This document shows positions 37,600 to 50,200 of a stretch of 64,000 bases of DNA, piece after piece; the stretch's first letter is position 1; every line of letters begins with the position of its first letter. A model generated the notes under the pieces. The model searched no databases. It saw only the letters and a program-made list of their open reading frames with translations, and was not told the DNA's origin. Source of the DNA: an uncultured Corynebacterium sp. (GTDB taxonomy: Bacteria; Actinomycetota; Actinomycetes; Mycobacteriales; Mycobacteriaceae); contig CAMIFC010000001.1 in the NCBI GenBank assembly GCA_946220775.1, positions 30,260 to 94,259 on the forward strand, in the 5' to 3' direction. A program made the translations under genes and the position numbers.

Positions 37600-39477
37600 A
37601 TGCTCGCACCGGACGCGTCCAAGATATTGATTGCGAATCGAGGTGAGATCGCGGCCCGCATCATCCGCACCTGCCTCGATCACAACATCCCCACGGTTGC
37701 CGTCTACGCAGACCAAGACCGTGAATCCCCCGCGGTGGAGCTCGCCACCGAGGCCTACGCGCTCGAGGGAACGACGATCCAGGACACCTACCTGGACGCC
37801 GACAAGATCCTGGACATCGCCCGTGCAGCAGGGGCAACCCACATTCACCCCGGCTACGGCTTCCTTTCCGAGATTGATACCTTCGCCGACCAGATCACCG
37901 AGGCGGGCATCACCTGGATCGGCCCATCGGGAGACACGATCCGCCAACTCGGTGACAAAATCAGTGCCCGCCGCACCGCGACTAAAGCTGGCGTATCTCC
38001 GGTGCCAGGCACCAACGACCCCGTCAGCGGCATGGCAGAAATCAATGCTTTCATCGACGAGCACCAGCTGCCGATCGTCTTGAAGCGCGCCGACGGCGGA
38101 GGTGGCCGCGGCATCTACATCCTGCGCACCGACGCGGACGTCACCGCATTCGAGGCACGACACGCCGCAAACGACGCCGACCTCGAGGGCTTCTTCATCG
38201 AGAAGTTCGTGGAAAATGGCCGCCACGTCGAAACCCAGTGCATGCGCGATAGCCACGGCAACTTCGCCGTCGTTACCACGCGTGACTGCTCCGTACAGCG
38301 ACGCAACCAGAAGCTGATCGAAGAAGCACCCGCACCGGGCCTATCGGATGCAGTGATGGCACGGCTTGAAGAATGGTCACGCTCCCTGTTCGATACCACC
38401 GACTACGTCGGCCTTGGCACCTGTGAGTTCCTGGTCGAAGGCGACAACGTGTACTTCCTGGAGGTCAACCCACGCCTGCAGGTCGAGCACACGGTCTCCG
38501 AGGAAATCACAGGACTGGACATGGTCGCCGAGCAGCTCCGCATCGCTAACGGCGAGGAACTGACGACGGTGCCCGAGCTGCGTGGACACTCCGTGGAATT
38601 GCGCATCACCTCCGAGGACCCGCTTGATGGCCTGACCCCGACCTCCGGCACGATTCGCTCCCTGACCTGGCCACTGGGCCACGGCGTGCGCATCGAAACC
38701 GGCGTGCGCGAGGGAGACACCGTCACGGCAGACTTCGACTCGATGATCCTCAAACTGATCATCACCGCGTCCGACCGCAAGACCGCGCTGGCGCGTTGCC
38801 GCCGCGCGCTATCGGAATTCCGCATCGACGGAATCGCCACGCCGGTGCCACTGCTCGATGCCGTGCTCGGCCACCCAGACTTCACAGGCGAGACCGAACG
38901 CGGCTTCGCCGTGGGCACCACCTGGCTGGAAAAGAAGTACCTGCCCAACACGGATATGGCCGAGTTGGTCGCAAACTTCGCGACCAGCAACGGCGTGACC
39001 CTCACCAACTCTTCGCCGGAGACCACCGAGACGGAAGGCGGCGAGCTCAAGGACCTCGTCATCGAGCTGGACGGCAAGCGTCGTCATCTGCGCCTGCCCG
39101 CAGGCGTGTTCACCGGAGGCGGCGGATCCGGTGCCGTGCAGAAGCCACAGCAGCCACGCCGTGGCAGCCGGAAGCGCGCAGCAGGCGCCGGGTCGGGCGA
39201 CGGCCAGATCGGCGCTGATGGCGTGCTGGCGTCCCCGATGCAGGGCATCGTCGTTTCCATTCCAGTGACCCCAGGACAAGAAGTCGCGGAAGGCGACCTG
39301 TTGGTGGTCATGGAAGCGATGAAGATGGAGAAATACGTGCACGCCAGCCGGGCTGGCGTCATCGAAGAAATCCTCGTCGACGTCGCGGCCAATATACCAG
39401 CGGGCACCCCGATGCTGAAGGTCGGCGAGTCCGAAAACGCAGCCGTCGCAACCACTGAAACCCAGGAAGAGGCGTAA
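37600..39477 (+). CDS. accBC: acyl-CoA carboxylase alpha subunit (biotin carboxylase fused to biotin carboxyl carrier domain)
   Basis: Biotin carboxylase N-terminus ILIANRGEIAARIIR, ATP-grasp fold, and C-terminal biotinylation motif EAMKME; ATG at 37600 preceded by AAAGGA. Confidence 0.85.
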   Translation: MLAPDASKILIANRGEIAARIIRTCLDHNIPTVAVYADQDRESPAVELATEAYALEGTTIQDTYLDADKILDIARAAGATHIHPGYGFLSEIDTFADQITEAGITWIGPSGDTIRQLGDKISARRTATKAGVSPVPGTNDPVSGMAEINAFIDEHQLPIVLKRADGGGGRGIYILRTDADVTAFEARHAANDADLEGFFIEKFVENGRHVETQCMRDSHGNFAVVTTRDCSVQRRNQKLIEEAPAPGLSDAVMARLEEWSRSLFDTTDYVGLGTCEFLVEGDNVYFLEVNPRLQVEHTVSEEITGLDMVAEQLRIANGEELTTVPELRGHSVELRITSEDPLDGLTPTSGTIRSLTWPLGHGVRIETGVREGDTVTADFDSMILKLIITASDRKTALARCRRALSEFRIDGIATPVPLLDAVLGHPDFTGETERGFAVGTTWLEKKYLPNTDMAELVANFATSNGVTLTNSSPETTETEGGELKDLVIELDGKRRHLRLPAGVFTGGGGSGAVQKPQQPRRGSRKRAAGAGSGDGQIGADGVLASPMQGIVVSIPVTPGQEVAEGDLLVVMEAMKMEKYVHASRAGVIEEILVDVAANIPAGTPMLKVGESENAAVATTETQEEA

Positions 39478-41172
39478 TTGATGACTATTCGTAACTTGCG
39501 TCAACTTGCTACCGCGGTGCTGCCTAACCGGCAGGTTGCGGTGAGCCCACGCACCAGCACCCAGAAACGAAACCAGGCCGACGCTCGCGCCCAGCACCTC
39601 GAGGGCATGTCGGTGGACGCGGCGTCTGAGACCACGCCGAAGGGTGAAACAATCGACTACGCCGCGGTAGAGGACTACGCGGAGGCCAAGGCCGCAAAGT
39701 TCCAACACGGCAAGGGAAAAAACACCGCACGCGAACGCATCGAAATGCTGCTCGACGAGGACTCCTTCGTGGAGTTCGGCCGCTTCCACGGCGGCGACGT
39801 GCGCGAGGGCTTCCTCGGTGCTGGCGTGATCACCGGATTCGGTGAAATCGACGGCCGCCAGGTGGCGCTGTATGTTCAGGACTTTTCCATCAAGGGCGGC
39901 ACCCTCGGCAAGGTTGAGGGAATCAAGATTTGCGAGTTGCTCGACCGCGCGATGGCGTTGAAAATCCCAGTGATCTCCATGCTGGACTCCGGTGGCGCGC
40001 GCATCCAGGAAGGCGTGGAGGCGCTGGCTCAGTACGGCCGCATCTTCCGCCGTTCTTGCAAGGCGTCCGGCATGATCCCGCAGATTTCGCTGATCCTCGG
40101 GCCATGCGCCGGTGGTGCGGTATATTCCCCAGCTCTGACGGATTTCATCGTTATGACCCGCGAGAACTCCCACATGTTCGTCACCGGGCCAGACGTGGTG
40201 CGCGCCGTAACCGGCGAGGCCGTGTCCCCGGCAGAACTCGGTGGCGCTGAACTGCACAACTTCCAGTCGGGTGTGGCTCACTACCTGGCGGAAGACGAAC
40301 TCGAAGCGATGGACTACGTCCGCTCGCTGCTGGCCTACCTGCCGAGCCACTGTGGGGAAGAAGCTCCCAGCTACAGCTACACCGCCAGCGCCGAGGACGA
40401 AGAAGCCGCAACCTCCGTGGGCAATATTGTGCCGTCGGATTCGCGTCAGCCATACGACATGGTCGAGGTCGTCGAAGTCCTCGTTGACCACGGCGAGTTC
40501 GTCGAGGTCCAGGCCAATTTCGCGCAATCCATTCTGGTTGGCTTTGCCTGCATCAACGGTCAAACCATCGGCATCGTCGCCGATCAACCGATGGTCAATG
40601 CCGGAACGCTGGACGTGGACGCGTCTGAAAAGGCCGCCCGTTTCGTCCGCTGCTGCGATGCGTTTGGCATCCCAGTGGTGACGCTGGTTGACGTCCCTGG
40701 CTACCGCCCCGGAACTGACCAAGAGCAGGCCGGAATCATCCGCCGCGGCGCGAAGCTGATCTTCGCTTACGCCAACGCTACGGTGCCGGTCATCACCATC
40801 ACCCTGCGTAAGGCCTACGGCGGTGCCTACATCGTCATGGGTTCCAAGGGCATCGGGGCGGACTTCACCTACGCCTGGCCAGAAGCCGAACTCGCAGTCA
40901 TGGGTGCCGATGGTGCAGTGCAGATTCTGAACCGCCGCGAGATCAAGGCTGCCGGCGATACCCCAGAAGAGCAGGCCGCCAAGGCCAAGCAGCTCGCCGA
41001 TGAATATGCGGCGGAAAACATCAACCCGAACCTGTCCGTCTCCTCCGGTGAGCTCGACGGAATCATCGACCCAGCCAACACTCGACAGGCCATTGCTGAG
41101 GCCCTGCATGTGATGAAGACCAAGAACAAGGACTTCCTCGGCCACAAGCGTCACTCGAACGGTCCACTATAA
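39478..41172 (+). CDS. accD: acyl-CoA carboxylase beta subunit (carboxyltransferase, AccD/PccB family)
   Basis: Two crotonase-like carboxyltransferase domains (ERIEMLLDEDSFVEFG, GPCAGGAVYSPALTDF); translationally coupled to the alpha subunit (TAATTGATG). Confidence 0.85.
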   Translation: MMTIRNLRQLATAVLPNRQVAVSPRTSTQKRNQADARAQHLEGMSVDAASETTPKGETIDYAAVEDYAEAKAAKFQHGKGKNTARERIEMLLDEDSFVEFGRFHGGDVREGFLGAGVITGFGEIDGRQVALYVQDFSIKGGTLGKVEGIKICELLDRAMALKIPVISMLDSGGARIQEGVEALAQYGRIFRRSCKASGMIPQISLILGPCAGGAVYSPALTDFIVMTRENSHMFVTGPDVVRAVTGEAVSPAELGGAELHNFQSGVAHYLAEDELEAMDYVRSLLAYLPSHCGEEAPSYSYTASAEDEEAATSVGNIVPSDSRQPYDMVEVVEVLVDHGEFVEVQANFAQSILVGFACINGQTIGIVADQPMVNAGTLDVDASEKAARFVRCCDAFGIPVVTLVDVPGYRPGTDQEQAGIIRRGAKLIFAYANATVPVITITLRKAYGGAYIVMGSKGIGADFTYAWPEAELAVMGADGAVQILNRREIKAAGDTPEEQAAKAKQLADEYAAENINPNLSVSSGELDGIIDPANTRQAIAEALHVMKTKNKDFLGHKRHSNGPL

Positions 41173-41283
41173 AACTCGTTTTTCGGGGCAGGGAAGAGCC
41201 CGCCTCGTCCACACGACCAGCATGAATTGTGGTCGGCCAGTGTTTGGCCGCCCCACCATCTTCGAAAGGGAAGACTCACTTTC

Positions 41284-44200
41284 ATGACGACTTCGTCCGT
41301 CACCCCGTCCTCCGTCACGAATAACTCGTCGGCTAGTTCCGCTGATGCCGCAAGTTTCCTTGACACCTTGAACTCTGGTGCGCCTTATGCGCTGGTATTC
41401 GCCGGCCAGGCCAGCCCATGGCAGGAGTCGTTGCGAGAGCAGCTCCTCGACCCAACCCTGACCAGCCAGATTGATGGCCTTATCCGTGATTCTGACCAGC
41501 TGCTGGCACCGCTGGCGACCCGCCTGGCCGCCATCGGTGGCGCAGGCCTGACGACCCACCAGCTCCAGGCCACCGATCACCCCTACGATGCGGTGCTCTC
41601 GGTTCCCGGTATCGTCGCCAGCCAGGTCGCCCAGATTCAGGCGATCAGCTGGTCTGGCCTTGATTTTTCTTCGACGCCACCCGTTGCAGTCCTGGGACAC
41701 TCACAGGGTGTCCTTGCTGTCGCCTATGCCAAAGCACGCCTGAAGCTGACCGGCCTTGGAGACAAGAAAGCTGCCGACGAGCTGAGCCCAGCGCAGGTTT
41801 TCGCGATTGCTCGGCTGATCGGCGCGGCAGCGAGCCGCACCGCCCGCCACGCCGGTGTCTCTGGATACCCAAGCCACGGCCCAGCGTTGGGCGCTGCAGA
41901 TTCCGATGAGCAGCAGGCCACCCCCATGCTGGCGATCAACGGCGCGACCGCCGAGCAGGTCAAGCCCATCATCGATCAGGCCACTGCAGAGGGCAGTTCT
42001 GTTCGGTTGGCGTTGGTCAACGCGCGCACCTCGCTTGTTGTGTCTGGCAAGCCATCCGACCTGGAGAACTTCAAGGACACCCTGGCTGTTGCCGAGACTC
42101 GCTACAACAAGACCCGCACCGACAAGCTGCGCGGTGGCGCGCCCCTGGCAATCACTACGGAATACCTGCCGGTCACGGTGCCGTTCCACAACGAGCTTAT
42201 GGAACCTGCCGTGCAGCAGACCATCGAATGGGCGCAGGCATGTGACCTGTCGGCAGAGGCCGCAGAGAAATTGGCTCGCGCCGTGCTCACGGACCACATT
42301 GATTGGCCTGCCCAAATCCGCGAAGCACTGGATGCCGACGCGAAGTGGTTCCTGGACGTTGGGCCAGGCACCGCAGTGGGCACCCTCGTGCACACCACGC
42401 TGGAGGGCACCGGCGCGGGTGTCGTCCCACTGGGCGACCTGGATGATATCGACCAGATGTGCGCGCCAGGGGAGCAGCCGTCAACGACCGCCGACTGGTC
42501 TGCATGGGCGCCCAAGCTCATTCACACCGCTGCCGGCCCGAAGGTGGAGACTGCCTTCACCCGTTTGACCGGCAATTCGCCAGTCATGCTCGCAGGCATG
42601 ACCCCGACCACGGTCGACCCAGAGATCGTTTCCGCTGCAGCTAACGCCGGCTACTGGGCCGAGCTGGCTGGTGGCGGACAGGTCACCGAGCCCGTCTTCG
42701 CGAAGCACCTGGCTCAGCTGCGCGAACAGCTGGAACCTGGCCGTACCGCCAAGTTCAACGCGATGTTCATGGACCGCTACCTGTGGAACCTCCACTTTGG
42801 TGCGCAGCGCATCGTCACGAAGGCTCGCCAGTCCGGTGCACCGATCGATGGTGTGGTCATCACCGCCGGTATCCCGGAATTGGATGAAGCACCGGAACTG
42901 ATCGCTGAGCTGCAGGGCGCTGGTTTCCGCTACATCGCCTTCAAGCCAGGAACCACAACCCAGATCGCATCGGTACTGGCCATCGCGCGCGTCCTGGAAG
43001 ACACTGACACGACCGTCATCATGCAGGTCGAGGACGGCCACGCTGGTGGCCACCACTCCTGGGAAACGCTGTCTGACCTGCTGCTGGCCACCTACGCGGG
43101 CATCCGCGAGCAATCCAACGTGGTGTTGTGTGTCGGCGGTGGCATCGGCACCCCGGACAAGGCTGCGGACTACATCACTGGTCAATGGTCAGTGGAACAC
43201 GGTGTTCCAGCGATGCCCGTCGATGGCGTCCTGACTGGTACGGCCGCAATGACTGCGAAGGAGGCCCGCACCACCGAGTCGGTGAAGGACCTGCTCGTCG
43301 CCACCGACGGTGTGCCGGTCGAAGACAATGACGGCTGGGTCGGTCGAGGCAAGTCCAACGGCGGCATGACCTCCGGCATGTCTCACCTGCGCGCGGATCT
43401 TTACGAGATCGACAACGCGGCGGCCCGCTGTGCCCGCCTGATCATGGAAGTCGAGGGCGATTCTGCACGTGTCGCGGCCCGTCGCGATGAGCTCATCGAG
43501 GCGATGAATCAGACCGCCAAGCCATACTTCGGCGATCTCGAAGACATGACGTACGCACAGGTCGTGAACCGCTTCGTCGAGCTTTCCTTCCCGTTCGTGG
43601 ACCCAAGCTGGCAGCAGCGCTTCTGGGAGCTGTTGCAGCGTGTGGAGGCTCGTCTGTCGGATGCCGATCACGGCCCCGTTGCCACGATGTTCGCCTCCGT
43701 CGACGAGGTTTCGGACGCCAAGGCCACCGCTGACAAGCTACTGTCCGCATTCCCTGAAGCCGAGAAGTTCTACCTCACCGCACAAGACGTCGCCTGGTTC
43801 GTGGCGCTGTGCCGCAAGTACCCGAAGCCCATGGGCTTCGTTCCACGCCTGGACGATGACCTGCTGCGGTGGTGGGGACAGGACTCCCTGTGGCAGGCAC
43901 AGGATCCTCGCTACACCGCCGACCAGGTGCGCATTATCCCTGGTCCCATGTCGGTTCGGGGCATCAAGTCCAAGAATGAGCCGATCGCAGAGCTACTCGG
44001 CCGCTTCGATGCTGAGGTCCGGGCACAGGTGGCAGAAGTGGCGTCCGAAGAAAAGGAACGCGTATCCCGTCTGGCCAGCGCAGAGAACGACGAAGAGTTG
44101 CTGCGCGCCGTACCGTTCATTTCCTGGATGGGGCACCTGATCGATAACCCGGCAAATCTGCTGGATCGCGACGCCGTGGACATCGAATTTGATGAGGTCG

Positions 44201-47200
44201 ATGGCAAGCGCACCGCAACCTTGCGCATCAAGCTGGACACCTACTGGGACGACGCTCCAGACAGTGTTGCCCAGGCTTCCTTCGCCGTGCGCGAACTGAC
44301 CTTCCCGCTGCTGCTCACCGACGCGCTGGCTGATGGTGGCGTTCCGGTCATCGACCAAGAACGCCTGCCGGATGCCATGTTTGCGCAGCTCGCGGGGACC
44401 GCTGGCGTGGGCAATACCGCCGTGACCGGCGAAAAGATCACGGACCTGCCAACGATTGAAAGCTCGGAGCGTTCCGAGTCCGGCGAGGCACACTACAGCT
44501 TCACGCTGTCCGCAGACCTCGGCGCGGATCACACCTCTGTGACCGGTACAGCTCTGGGCAGTCAGTCTGATCTGATCGTGCCCGATGCGCTGCTCGGGCC
44601 CTGCTGGCCAGCAATCTATGCTGCACTGGGGTCGGCTCAGGTTAATGACTACCCAGTCATCGCGGGGCTGCTCAACGCAGTTCACCTGGATCACCGCACC
44701 CACATGATCGTCCCGGTCACCGAGCTGGCAGACAAGCTGTCCGGTGCCACTGTGAACGTCACCAGCTGGGCTGATGCTGTTGAGGAATCCGCCTCCGGCC
44801 GTGTGGTTCAGGTGAACCTCGAATTAGCCATCGAGGGTGAAACCATCGCAACAATGGTCGAACGCTTCGCCATTCGTGGTCGCGCCTTTGGTACCAACCT
44901 GCCAGCCGACCCACCATTGGCTGGTGGCATCGACGCACAGGTCGAGGACACTCCCCGATCCACCCTGCTGCGCGCTGTCGCGAAGGCACCATCGGACATG
45001 ACCCCGTTCGCGTGGGTGTCCGGTGACTTCAACCCGATCCACACCAGTCACGCCGCCGCCAAGGTCGCCGGGCTGGAAGCACCGCTGGTGCACGGCATGT
45101 GGCTGTCCGCTGTCGCCCAGCACGCCGCGGCCGCTGCTGCTGGCGCGCCGGGGGATGATCGTCGCTTCCGTCTTTTGGGCTGGACCTACCGCATGTTCGG
45201 CTTGGTTCAGCTGGACGAAGAAGTCCAGGTCAGCGTGGAACGCGTCGGCCGAATCAATGGTGGCGGCCTCGTGCTGGAGGTCAACTGCCGCGTGGGCGAG
45301 CAGCTGGTTTCCCAGGCCACGGCCATCACCGATGTGCCACGGACCGCGTACGTTTACCCGGGCCAGGGCATTCAGTCTGCTGGTATGGGACTGGATGAGC
45401 GCACGAAGTCCCAGGCCACCGCCGCTGTGTGGGATCGCGCCGACGCGCATACCCGCGAGGCCCTGGGCTTCTCGATTCTCGCGGTGGTTCGCGATAACCC
45501 AACCACGCTGGTGGCTGGGGGCCAGACCTTCCGCCACCCAGAAGGCGTGCTGAACCTGACCCAATTCACCCAGGTTGCGCTGGCCACCCTGGCGTTCGCA
45601 CAGACCGCCCGTCTGCGCGAGGCTGGGGCACTTAACGACGGCGCTTTCTTCGCCGGGCACTCCCTGGGCGAGTACAACGCGCTGTCTGCGTACGCGGATT
45701 CCTTGGACCTGGAAACGGTGCTGGAGCTGGTCTTCCACCGCGGTACCACCATGCACAACTTGGTGCCCCGTGATGAACAGGGGCGGTCCAACTACCGCAT
45801 GGGCGCGCTGCGTCCGAACCAGTTCGGCGTCGGCGACGATGGGGTGCGCGAGTACGTCGCCAGCGTCGCCGAAAAGACCGGTGAGTTCCTGGAGATCGTC
45901 AACTTTAACCTCGAAGGCCAGCAGTACGCCGTGGCCGGTACGGTCGCCGGAGTCAAGGCATTAGAGAAGGACGCCAACCAGCGTTCAGTCGAGGCCGGTG
46001 GCAAGGGCGCGTTCATGTTGGTGCCTGGTATCGATGTGCCATTCCACTCCGCGGTGCTGCACGACGGTGTGCCTGATTTCCGTGCCAAGCTGCAGGAGCT
46101 GGTGCCGCAGACCATCGACCCGACGGTCCTGGTCGGTCGCTACATTCCGAACCTGGTCGCTCGCCCGTTCGAGCTGACGGAGGACTTCCTGAAGTCGATC
46201 TTGGACGTGGTTCCTTCGGAGCCGGTGCAGAAGATTGCCGATGAGTGGGCTGACTGGAGCGCCAAACTGGCGGACGACGCGCAGTGTGACGCCGCCGCCC
46301 AGGAGCTGACCCGCGAGCTGTTGATTGAGCTGCTGTGCTGGCAGTTCGCCTCGCCGGTGCGCTGGATCGAGACCCAGTCCCTGCTGCTTGGGGCTAAGTC
46401 CAACGGGCCGAACATCGACGCTGCCACCAGCGGCGCGACCCCGGTCGAGGAGTACATCGAGATCGGCCTCGGTGCCGCCCCGACCCTGGCGAACCTGGGT
46501 GCCAAGACCCTTTCGCTGCCAGGCTTCGCTAACTCCCTGTCCATCGTTCGCAACGTGCAGCGTGACGAGGCCGCGGTCTACCACGAAGACGTTCGCACGA
46601 TCGACCTGCCCGAGTCGACCGACCTTGAGGACTCCACCGCTTCCGCCGAAGAACTGGTCGCCGACCAGGCTTCCGAAGCTGGAGCCGTTGCCGACGCCGA
46701 AGCTGCTGGCGATATGGATAACGCGCCAGCACAGGCGCAAGAACCGGCCGCTCCGGCAGCAGCACCAGCTGCTGCCATGCCAGCGGCACCGGCAGGCAAT
46801 GCTGCCGATAACCCAGAGCTGGACTTCACCGCCGCCGATGCCCTGCGCACGTTGCTGGCCTACGCGGCGAAAGTTCGCCTGGACCAGGTCGGCGACGCCG
46901 ATACCACTGGCTCGCTGACCAACGGCGTGTCCTCCCGTCTCAACCAGCTGCTGATGGATATGTCCGCAGAGCTGGGCCTCAGCAGCGTCGAAGGTGCTGC
47001 CGAAGCAGACGTGGCAACGCTGTCCGCGACCGTGAACAAGGCCGCGTTCAACTACAAGCCATTCGGCCCGGTGCTCTCCGAGGCGATCAAGGATCGCGTC
47101 CGCAAGCTCTTCGGCGCCGCTGGCGCTAAGCAGTCGCTGATCGCAGAGCACGTCGAATCCGAATGGGGCCTGTCCGCCGGGTGGGCCGCTCACGCGACCG

Positions 47201-50200
47201 CGACCATCCTGCTGTCCACCCGCGAAGGTGCCTCCACCCGTGGCGGGGACCTCGCGACCCTGGCGGCCGCGCCGGGTGGCGCGGCGCCGACCAACAAGGC
47301 TGGCGTCCTGGCGCTGATTGATGAGGCGATCCAGGAAACTGCGTCCGCACGTGGCTTGGCTGTGGCGAAGAAGTCCGCCGGGGCTGCCGGTGGTGGGGCA
47401 GCGGTGGATTCCGCGGCTCTCGATGCCTTCGAAGACAAGGTCATCGGTGACAGGGGCATCTTGGCTAACTCGGCCCGGGCACTGCTGGGCCAGCTCGGCC
47501 TGAACCAGCCGGTCGCAGAAGACTTCGATCACAGCGAAGCTTCCGAGACCCAGGCTGTGCTCGACGCCGTGGCAGAAGAGCTCGGCAGCAACTGGCCATC
47601 CCTGGTTGCGCCGGTCTTCGATGAAGCCCGCGCGGTACTGATCGACGACCGATGGGCTACTGCCCGTGAGGACGTCGCTCGCATCGCCGCTGGTGAATTC
47701 GACTCCGAGGCTGCGACAGGAGAAGGCCTGCCGAACTTCACCGGCACCGGCGCCATCGTGGCGCGACAGGCACGCTGGTGGGTGGACAACCTGGCGTCCG
47801 AACTGTCGAACGTTATTGATGCGGACACGCTCGCTGCACGCAAACGCACCCTGGAAACGGTCGTTGAACAGGCCGAAGACACTTCCGTGGGTGAATACGC
47901 TGGCAAGATCGCCGTCGTGACCGGTATGGCGCCAAACTCCATCGCCGGTGGGGTAGTGGAGCGCCTGCTGGCCGGTGGAGCCACCGTCGTGGCCACCGCA
48001 TCCCGCATCAGCGAATCCCGCCTGAGCTACGCGAAGAACCTGGTCCGCAACCACGGCCGCGACGGTGCCGCGCTGTGGCTCGTGCCAGCAAACCTGGCGA
48101 GCTACCGGGACGTCGATGCGCTGGTCAACTGGATCGGCTCCGAGCAATCCGAGACGGTCGGTTCCGAGACAAAGGTCATCAAGCCAGTCTTCGTTCCGGA
48201 TCTGTACTTCCCATTCGCAGCACCACCAGTGATGGGCACCGCCCAGGACGCTGGTGCCGCGACCGAGCACCAGACCCGCCTGCTGCTGTGGTCCGTGGAA
48301 CGCTCCATGACGGCACTCGCGCAGATCGGCTCTGACTACGATGTCGACCACCGACTGCACGTCGTGCTGCCAGGCTCCCCGAACCGCGGCACCTTTGGCG
48401 GCGACGGTGCCTACGGCGAAACCAAGGCAGCCTTCGACGCCATCGCGAACAAGTGGGCAGTCGAACCGTGGAGCGCGCAGATCACCCTGGCGCACCCACG
48501 CATCGGCTGGGTCGCTGGAACCGGCCTGATGGGTGGCAACGATCCACTGGTCGACGTGGCTAAGGCCAAGGGCGTGCACGTGTGGAGCCCGCAGGAGATC
48601 TCCGAGAACCTGCTTGAACTGTGCACCGAGGACGCGCTGATTCAGGCCCGCACGGAGGTGCTCGAGTCCGACCTCACCGGTGGGCTGGGCAATATCTCCT
48701 TGCCAGCGTTGGCCGCCGAAGCTGCAGCGGAATCCACCACCTCCGGCGCAGCGGACGCTGCGGCGGGAGATGGGCTGGCGTCCGAAGAAAAGACGACGCC
48801 TGCCACCGTCATGGCGCTGCCGACCCCGGCGCAGAAACTGCAACCGCAGCTGGCGGGCGACTGGGGCACGACGACGGCGACGCTCGAGGACACGTACGTG
48901 ATCGTTGGTTTGGGCGAAGTCAGCCCATGGGGTAGTGGTCGTACCCGCTTCGAGGCGGAATACGGCGTTCAAACCAGCGGTGACGTTGACCTCACGGCCG
49001 CGGGTGTACTGGAACTGGCGTGGATGACCGGCCTGCTGACGTGGAAGGAATCTCCGAAGGCTGGTTGGTATGACGATAACGACGAGCTCGTCGACGAAGC
49101 TGACATTTACGCGCGCTTCCGCGACGAGGTGATTGCCCGAAGCGGTGTCCGTGAGTTCATCACGGATGCAGCGATCGACGGCGCCGCCGACGGCGAGACC
49201 GGGCCACACGGCGAATGGCCGAACAGTCCAGAAGCCGTGGAGATGTTTCTCGACCGCGACGTGACGTTCAGCGTCGACACCGAGGACGAAGCGCGCCAAC
49301 TGGTCGAGGCGGACCCACAGTTCACCGTGGCGACCTTCGTCACCGACGACGACGGATCCGGCGAATGGCAGATCACCCGCACCGCCGGCGCCCGGGCACG
49401 AGTCCCACGCCGCGCGACGCTGGCCCGCCGTGTCGGTGGCCAGTTCCCAACGGACTTCGCCCCCGCACGCTGGGGCATCCCACAGGACATGGTCGACTCT
49501 ATGGACCGCATGGCCGTGTGGAACTTGGTCACGACTGTGGACGCCTACCTGTCCGCCGGGTTCAGCCCAGCGGAGATCCTGCAGGCTGTCCACCCGTCCG
49601 AGGTGGCGATGACGCAGGGCACCGGTTTCGGTGGCATGACCTCCATGCGTCGCCTGTTTGTTGAGCGCTTCCTGGGTGAGGACATCCCATCCGACATCCT
49701 GCAGGAGACCCTGCCGAACGTGATCGCCGCGCACACCATGCAGTCCTTCGTGGGCGGTTATGGCGCGATGATCCACCCGGTTGGTGCTTGTGCCACCGCG
49801 GCGGTCTCCATCGAGGAGGGCGTGGACAAGATGGCCTGCGGCAAGGCGGACTTCGTGGTCGCCGGTGCCGTGGATGACATCTCCGTGGAGTCCATCACGG
49901 GCTTTGCCAACATGAACGCCACCGCGGATTCGACTGCGATGAGCGCCAAGGGTATCGACGATGGCTTCTTCTCTCGGGCAAACGACCGCCGTCGCGGTGG
50001 CTTTGTCGAAGCCCAGGGTGGCGGCACGGTGCTGCTGACCCGCGGTTCGATCGCGGCGAAACTGGGCTTGCCAGTTTTCGGCGTGGTTGGCTACGCGCAG
50101 TCCTTTGCGGACGGCGTGCACACGTCGATTCCGGCACCAGGCCTCGGTGCGCTGGCGGCTGCTCGTGGTGGCAAGGACTCGCGACTAGCTCGCAGCCTGG

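Noticed and set aside
45985-50121. 1378-aa ORF on the minus strand inside fas, plus other long antisense ORFs (38809..41154, 13903..15474, 16744..18147, 30236..31108, 33613..34569)
   Set aside because: Classic high-GC shadow ORFs opposite well-supported genes. Their translations are Arg/Gly/Val-rich low-complexity sequences with no domain signatures and no RBS.
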